From IMG/VR virus record IMGVR_UViG_3300031683_000011, positions 1 through 39,031 of that record: a stretch of DNA of 39,031 bases, one strand, 5' to 3'. The notes beneath the pieces were generated by a model. It saw only the letters and a list, made by a program, of their open reading frames with translations, was not told where the DNA came from and made no database searches. The stretch is from a virus (taxonomy: Duplodnaviria > Caudoviricetes). Of this stretch, positions 34,031 to 39,031 are shown piece by piece. Position numbers and translations under genes: made by a program. Each line of letters begins with the position of its first letter. The first letter of the stretch is position 1.

Positions 34031-37000
34031 CTACTCCTCCTTTCCCCACTGATAATTTATAATCCTATGCTTGTACGGTGCAATGAAGGGTAAGCTTCCG
34101 TAGAAGTTCTTCATAAACTTATCACCATCACTCTCTATTGCCCCAGATATCATTCCATACCCACGACCAACAGTACCTGTAGCTGCAGCTTCACCTGCAA
34201 TGTTGTCCCAGATGAACTCACCCGGACCATGACTACTACTACCATACAGAGGGAAGAGTAAGTTACTCCCGATTACCCTCTCTGTGGTTCCTAATAACCC
34301 ACTTGAGTACACAGCTCTTTGAATCTTCTGTGCGTCAGTTAGGTAGGGTGACGATTCACCATACTTAAGTTCATCTTTGATACCTTGGGAGATGAATGCT
34401 AATGCAAGCATACTTCCCATAGCTGCAAAGGTTCCATAAGTTAAGCCCTTAGAACTCTTACCTTTCACCTGATCCCACAACATAGGCAGCTGGTTAGCTG
34501 TGAATGTAGATGTGAAACCATTGAACTGGGTAAGTAATGCAAAGCGAGGGTCACTGTAGAACAGCGGTCTGTTTAGTGCATTAGGTAGGGGTATTGCTTG
34601 GTTGACAAAGTTAGCAGCTCCGTTAAGGAACTCACGTTTGTATATGATGGATTCATCAGCTGTCAATGTTCCACCAGCCTTAAGCTTGTTAGCTATTGGG
34701 CCTATGTTGTGTAGCGATATACCAAGTTCTCTCAGCATATGTTTAGCTTCAGAGACACCCACGGTATCCGGCTGACCCATCTTAGATTCAATCAAGTCAA
34801 GCTTCTCTACGAGGAAGTCGTTAAAGAACGACAGTCGCATCATACGGTGCATGTCTTGTTGATCGTGTAGGAAGTTAGCCTTGAAGAATGCATCAGTCAC
34901 ACCACGAGTCATCTCGTTAGTTTCCTGTACACCTGTTGTAGTTGCTGCTCCGGTCTCTTGAGACTTAAAGCCAGTCTCCTTCAGCATAGTCTTCATGTTT
35001 GTATAGTACACATAGCGAGGATCTGCCTCACCTCGTGACCTCACACTTGCTATCTTCTTATCAAGGAATGTTTCAAGACTCTCACGAGGCTTTGCAACCC
35101 TTGCCGTTACAGCTAGGTTACGCATCCATGCACCAACAGCACTACCAAAGAGGTAACCCTGTGTTGCTGAGTTCTGTACAAGAACATCTCTTGAGACTCC
35201 CATAGGAATCATAGCCATCTCTGGCATAGAAGAGAATGCAGCGTTAGCCAAACCCTGAAGTGTTGTCAACAGTGTCAAGTACTTCTGACCCTGCTTAACA
35301 GTCTCATTGTTTATCCGCTTGTAGTTACCAGACTCTGCATTGAGTACGTTACGTAGATCATATGCGATCTTCTGTAACATCTTCTCAGCAGCCTCAGGAG
35401 ACATAGTCTCAAGTAGTTCAGTACGTACATCACCCATCATCTTATTCAGATACTTGGAGTCCTTACCTATGAACTTACGATGTGCTTGGAACCTTGCAGC
35501 CTCACGAGAAGCATCACCCATGTTCTTGAAGATGTTCTGCTCTAAGAACTGATCGAACTCAGGTCTATCTGAGATGTGCATCTGACGTATCTTATGAGCT
35601 GATGGAGAGACTCCACCTTTTGTGATATCAAATGCTTCACCAAGTGTAGCAACACCTTCAGTATTCACGATAGCCTCAGTAAGGTTAACAGCATCAGACT
35701 GGGACATACCATATGAGGATACCAATGCTTTAACAAAGGCATCCTTGTTGCTGGCTATGTACTCTGTCCTGAAACCCTTATGACGATAAGCCCAGTTAGC
35801 AAGACGCTTAGTTGGTGTCTCATTGTCGTAAGCCTTAGCCTTGTTGTTATCATTAAGGAGTCTCTCACTTAACGTGGTGAACTCAGTGTGTAACTTAAGG
35901 AGTGCTTCTTTATTAGCTTTAACTTCAGGTGATGCATTGTTCCAATCAAACGGCTTGTTAGCCTCAGTGGCTGGCTCAATGACTTCCCTGTAGAACTTAG
36001 TGGTTAATGTACTGACATAGTCTGAACGACCCAGAGAACTCTTACCTAAAGGTACATCAAAGGAAGCTTCAATAGACTCCTGATCCCTCAGTATAGAGTT
36101 GTAGGCAGCTACTGTTAGTTGCTGTTCCTGTATCATACCCGGGCCACTGAATACCTTATGACGTACTGAGCCTAGCATGTCAGCTATCTTGACAAGAGTC
36201 TTTGACTTACCCTTGGCTGCTGAAAATGCCTGTGCCAGTGAACCCTTAAGGGCTACCATAGGATTCATTGTGAATGCTTTGATGTGTTCCAGTGTAGTAC
36301 TCGGGGCTTCGTGTGCGTCTGCAAGAGCACCCATAACATCTTCTGGTTCTGATGTGTATGTGAATCCAGACCCAACCTTATCACCACCGTGGTTCTCTGC
36401 AGCAAGTTCATCTGTTGATCTCACATACCCGAACTCAGCTTCCTCTTCCTTACGGAAGTGTGTGTTGACGTTGTCGAATCTATTGTCACTGTCACTCTCA
36501 AGATCAGCAGCAGCTTTCCAATCACCTATCTGGTAAGCAACTCCGGGAGCAGCGAAGCCAGCACCCATAAGACCACCAGCTACAATAGCATTAGTCATAC
36601 GGTTCTGGATCTCGTCATAATCCCATTCTTTCTCTGAGCCTATAACAGATGCAGTGTACTCGGTTAGTTCCTGCATAGCTTCCGTGACACCCTCACCTCC
36701 GGTAGCTTTTGCAAGACCCTTCACACTCTCCCTGAACAGGTGACCCTTTAGTATCTGGTTAGCACCAAAGGCTTTAGCATCATCAACGTAAGTCAACAGT
36801 TGCTTCTTGGATACCTGCAGTAACTTCTTTGATGCTGCCTTTCGGGCTGCTTCAGGACCTAGGTGTCTGAACTCGTCAGACTTAGCTATGGCTTTGATAG
36901 CCTCCTCTCGACCCTCTTTAGTGATCATCATAGAAGGGCTGACAAGCCCTTTAAGACCTACCTTATCTAAGTAAGTCATAGCAGCACCAGCAACGATAGC

Positions 37001-38032
37001 AACACCTAAGTTCTTATCTTCGATGTTACCTTCCATAGAATCCAATGTCATACCTGTGTACATAGACATAGGTAGTGCCATAGACGTACCATAGGTTACT
37101 GGTGCAGCTGCCATACCTAGCATAGTCGCACCCATGAATGGGATAGACGAACCAAGCATACCCTTCATACCTGTGGTGACTTCATCAAAGGAAGTCCAGT
37201 CAATCTCAGTTACATCCATCTGAACAGTTGGAAGTCCTTCGATGTACTGTTGGTTAACTGAAGCAGAAGCAGCAAACTCTGCCTCCATTATCTCAGCTCC
37301 AAACCTGTTAGATAAGGCCTGACCAAATGTGTTAAGACTCTTAGCCATGTTCGCATAGCCAGTGTCAAAGCCAGTACCAAAGGGAGTCCTTGAACGTCCA
37401 GCGTAGTCAGCCCCTTTGTTCTTTGATTTGATAGACATGTACAGGTCTGGGTTAGCAGCATACTCAGCTGCATCAAAAGCTATAAGCTTCTGCATTGGTA
37501 ACCCACCGTACTGGTCTGTCTCGTTCTCGTAGATAGCTGCTCGTGCTTCATCGTAAGCAGTCCACTTAGTACTGCCAGCATCAGCTGCCATACCATACAG
37601 TGAATTGTTTACATCAGCGTCTGTGTTGTACTTTGTCAGTTGAGATACACCAGTGCGTATCAGTGTGTCTACAAAGGAGTGACCATCAGCATTCTGAAGG
37701 TCTCCTATAGGACGACCCCACTTACCTATTTCACCAGTCTTAACTACACGATTGAATCCACCCTTCTGAGCAAGACTCCAATTATATGCTGTAGCTGCGT
37801 CAGCTCCTGCCTCACCGGCTTGGTACTGACCATTGATAATCTTAGCTGTCTCCCTTGAATCCAAACCACGCAGTCGTATGCTCTCACCTGTGGCTGAGTC
37901 CTTCAGTGTGTCACCGTCAATGAATGATAGTGTGGTTCCTTCGATAGCTAATGGGTTTACTTGGGGGCCTTGTGAAGCCTCTTCTTCTACTGCGAGTGCG
38001 TTACTCAAGTCTAAAACAAGACCTTGTCCCAT
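34031..38032 (-). CDS. large internal virion/ejection protein with N-terminal SNase (thermonuclease)-like domain, 1333 aa
   Basis: IDGDT, IRLRGLDSRE, WGR and LIRTG motifs in the first ~135 aa; Gly/Ala-rich hydrophobic segments; AGGAG RBS. Confidence 0.7.
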   Translation of the reverse strand: MGQGLVLDLSNALAVEEEASQGPQVNPLAIEGTTLSFIDGDTLKDSATGESIRLRGLDSRETAKIINGQYQAGEAGADAATAYNWSLAQKGGFNRVVKTGEIGKWGRPIGDLQNADGHSFVDTLIRTGVSQLTKYNTDADVNNSLYGMAADAGSTKWTAYDEARAAIYENETDQYGGLPMQKLIAFDAAEYAANPDLYMSIKSKNKGADYAGRSRTPFGTGFDTGYANMAKSLNTFGQALSNRFGAEIMEAEFAASASVNQQYIEGLPTVQMDVTEIDWTSFDEVTTGMKGMLGSSIPFMGATMLGMAAAPVTYGTSMALPMSMYTGMTLDSMEGNIEDKNLGVAIVAGAAMTYLDKVGLKGLVSPSMMITKEGREEAIKAIAKSDEFRHLGPEAARKAASKKLLQVSKKQLLTYVDDAKAFGANQILKGHLFRESVKGLAKATGGEGVTEAMQELTEYTASVIGSEKEWDYDEIQNRMTNAIVAGGLMGAGFAAPGVAYQIGDWKAAADLESDSDNRFDNVNTHFRKEEEAEFGYVRSTDELAAENHGGDKVGSGFTYTSEPEDVMGALADAHEAPSTTLEHIKAFTMNPMVALKGSLAQAFSAAKGKSKTLVKIADMLGSVRHKVFSGPGMIQEQQLTVAAYNSILRDQESIEASFDVPLGKSSLGRSDYVSTLTTKFYREVIEPATEANKPFDWNNASPEVKANKEALLKLHTEFTTLSERLLNDNNKAKAYDNETPTKRLANWAYRHKGFRTEYIASNKDAFVKALVSSYGMSQSDAVNLTEAIVNTEGVATLGEAFDITKGGVSPSAHKIRQMHISDRPEFDQFLEQNIFKNMGDASREAARFQAHRKFIGKDSKYLNKMMGDVRTELLETMSPEAAEKMLQKIAYDLRNVLNAESGNYKRINNETVKQGQKYLTLLTTLQGLANAAFSSMPEMAMIPMGVSRDVLVQNSATQGYLFGSAVGAWMRNLAVTARVAKPRESLETFLDKKIASVRSRGEADPRYVYYTNMKTMLKETGFKSQETGAATTTGVQETNEMTRGVTDAFFKANFLHDQQDMHRMMRLSFFNDFLVEKLDLIESKMGQPDTVGVSEAKHMLRELGISLHNIGPIANKLKAGGTLTADESIIYKREFLNGAANFVNQAIPLPNALNRPLFYSDPRFALLTQFNGFTSTFTANQLPMLWDQVKGKSSKGLTYGTFAAMGSMLALAFISQGIKDELKYGESSPYLTDAQKIQRAVYSSGLLGTTERVIGSNLLFPLYGSSSHGPGEFIWDNIAGEAAATGTVGRGYGMISGAIESDGDKFMKNFYGSLPFIAPYKHRIINYQWGKEE

Positions 38033-38051
38033 AGTGTTCTCCTAATAATAA

Positions 38052-39031
38052 TTACTCTTTAAACTTCTTGTTGTACAATGTATGAAACTTTGCGTTAACT
38101 GCTGGGTTGTTTATACCAAGGTACTTAGGGTCTGTATCAGAGCCACTACTAGCCAACCATGCATTCATGGCGTTAGTATTAGACTCCTCACCTACCTTAG
38201 TCCAGTGAGCTCTCGCCTCCGGATCTTGCATCACAGTGTCTTTAAAGATCTTAGATAACTTCTGAAGAGTCTTAGTTGGTGTGATCAATGTACGGATCTT
38301 CTCTGCACTGTGCTTACCTTCAGTGGCAACCTTAACAAGACCACTGTTGATGTTGTCAACTTGCTTCATAAGCTTAGACACAGCAGCGTTAGGTAGTTCG
38401 TAACCCTCTTCCATAGTCTCAATACCATCAGCATTCCAAGTAGCCTTACCAAATACAAACTTAGGTACTCCACCTTCAGTGGTGAGGTCAGCCTTAAGTT
38501 GATCAGCTCGGATAGCATCAGCCATACCAGCGGTAATGGAACCACTGAACTTGTCAGTTGGGTTCTTGACAGTGTTCATCATGTACTTACGTACTGAGTT
38601 ACCAAGTGCAGTCCTATACTGTGGTGTACTTGTGTCAACACCATTAGCTCTAGCACTCCTAGTGGCTACTGCGTATGCTTCTTGGATAGTACTACCATCC
38701 CCAAACAAAGCTTGTGCTGTCTGGCGCTGCTCAATAGAGTAGATCTCAGTGTTCTCAGATATATTACTTAATATATCACTCGATGCACCATTCATGTAGT
38801 CTATGTTCTCTAGATCAATAGCATCATAGGTCATGTGCCTAGCCTTATCGTAGTTCTCTAGTCCGTAATCTTTTGCATTAACAATATCACCACCTGATGC
38901 TGATTGGAACTTACCACTCTTAGACATGTAGCCAGCAACTGGTTGCTTAGCCTTAGGGTCCCACATGGTTACAGTCTTAGACATATCAAGTGCATCATTA
39001 GCTGACTTCTTATCAGCAGCCTTAGCAGTTG
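38052..39031 (-). CDS. internal virion protein, 5'-truncated by the window edge
   Basis: Frame stays open upstream of the ORF-track Met (TAKAADKKSANDALD-MSK...) to the window end; position in the ejection-protein cluster. Confidence 0.6.
   Translation of the reverse strand, partial: TAKAADKKSANDALDMSKTVTMWDPKAKQPVAGYMSKSGKFQSASGGDIVNAKDYGLENYDKARHMTYDAIDLENIDYMNGASSDILSNISENTEIYSIEQRQTAQALFGDGSTIQEAYAVATRSARANGVDTSTPQYRTALGNSVRKYMMNTVKNPTDKFSGSITAGMADAIRADQLKADLTTEGGVPKFVFGKATWNADGIETMEEGYELPNAAVSKLMKQVDNINSGLVKVATEGKHSAEKIRTLITPTKTLQKLSKIFKDTVMQDPEARAHWTKVGEESNTNAMNAWLASSGSDTDPKYLGINNPAVNAKFHTLYNKKFKE

Noticed and set aside
30707-38742. Numerous 60-120-aa plus-strand ORFs opposite the virion genes (and similar antisense ORFs elsewhere)
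   Set aside because: Shadow ORFs of long, motif-supported genes on the other strand
1-39031. tRNA genes, integrase/att sites, stop-codon reassignment
   Set aside because: No cloverleaf with a T-loop consensus or recombinase motif was seen by eye, and the long genes are intact in the standard code. A tRNAscan/ARAGORN run would be needed to exclude tRNAs formally.

Overview
This is a 39-kb segment of a lytic dsDNA tailed phage, probably a podovirus of a marine or aquatic proteobacterium. No integrase, tRNA or CRISPR array was seen. Two divergent arms flank a ~1.05-kb repeat-rich non-coding region (~4950-6000) that looks like the genome-end/origin region. The leftward arm holds terL, a ~230-nt highly structured intergenic RNA candidate, the portal and small head genes. 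The rightward arm holds an SSB paralog, small early genes, rIIA/rIIB, a second SSB, a Gp88-like protein, an isolated TerS candidate, CbtB, SPFH, ThyX, a C5-methyltransferase, DUF3310, glutaredoxin, PhoH, class II RNR, PolA, two HNH nucleases, an exonuclease, a GIY-YIG nuclease, primase-helicase, a T7-type RNA polymerase and MazG. It ends at a double terminator (~30280-30365) that meets the end of the minus-strand virion-protein operon. Highlights: (1) a second, stand-alone 1215-aa single-subunit RNA polymerase with N4 virion-RNAP-like motifs among the ejection proteins, next to a 1333-aa protein with an N-terminal SNase-like domain; (2) a multi-hairpin ncRNA between terL and portal whose G-U pairs fix it to the minus strand; (3) an exact 20-bp phage-promoter motif shared by the terL operon and the distant terS; (4) a cobalt-transporter CbtB gene, missed by the ORF track, in a phage with a B12-dependent RNR; (5) paired consensus DnaA boxes; (6) a PolA with co-varying steric-gate substitutions. 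All family assignments come from motif recognition by eye, not from database searches.
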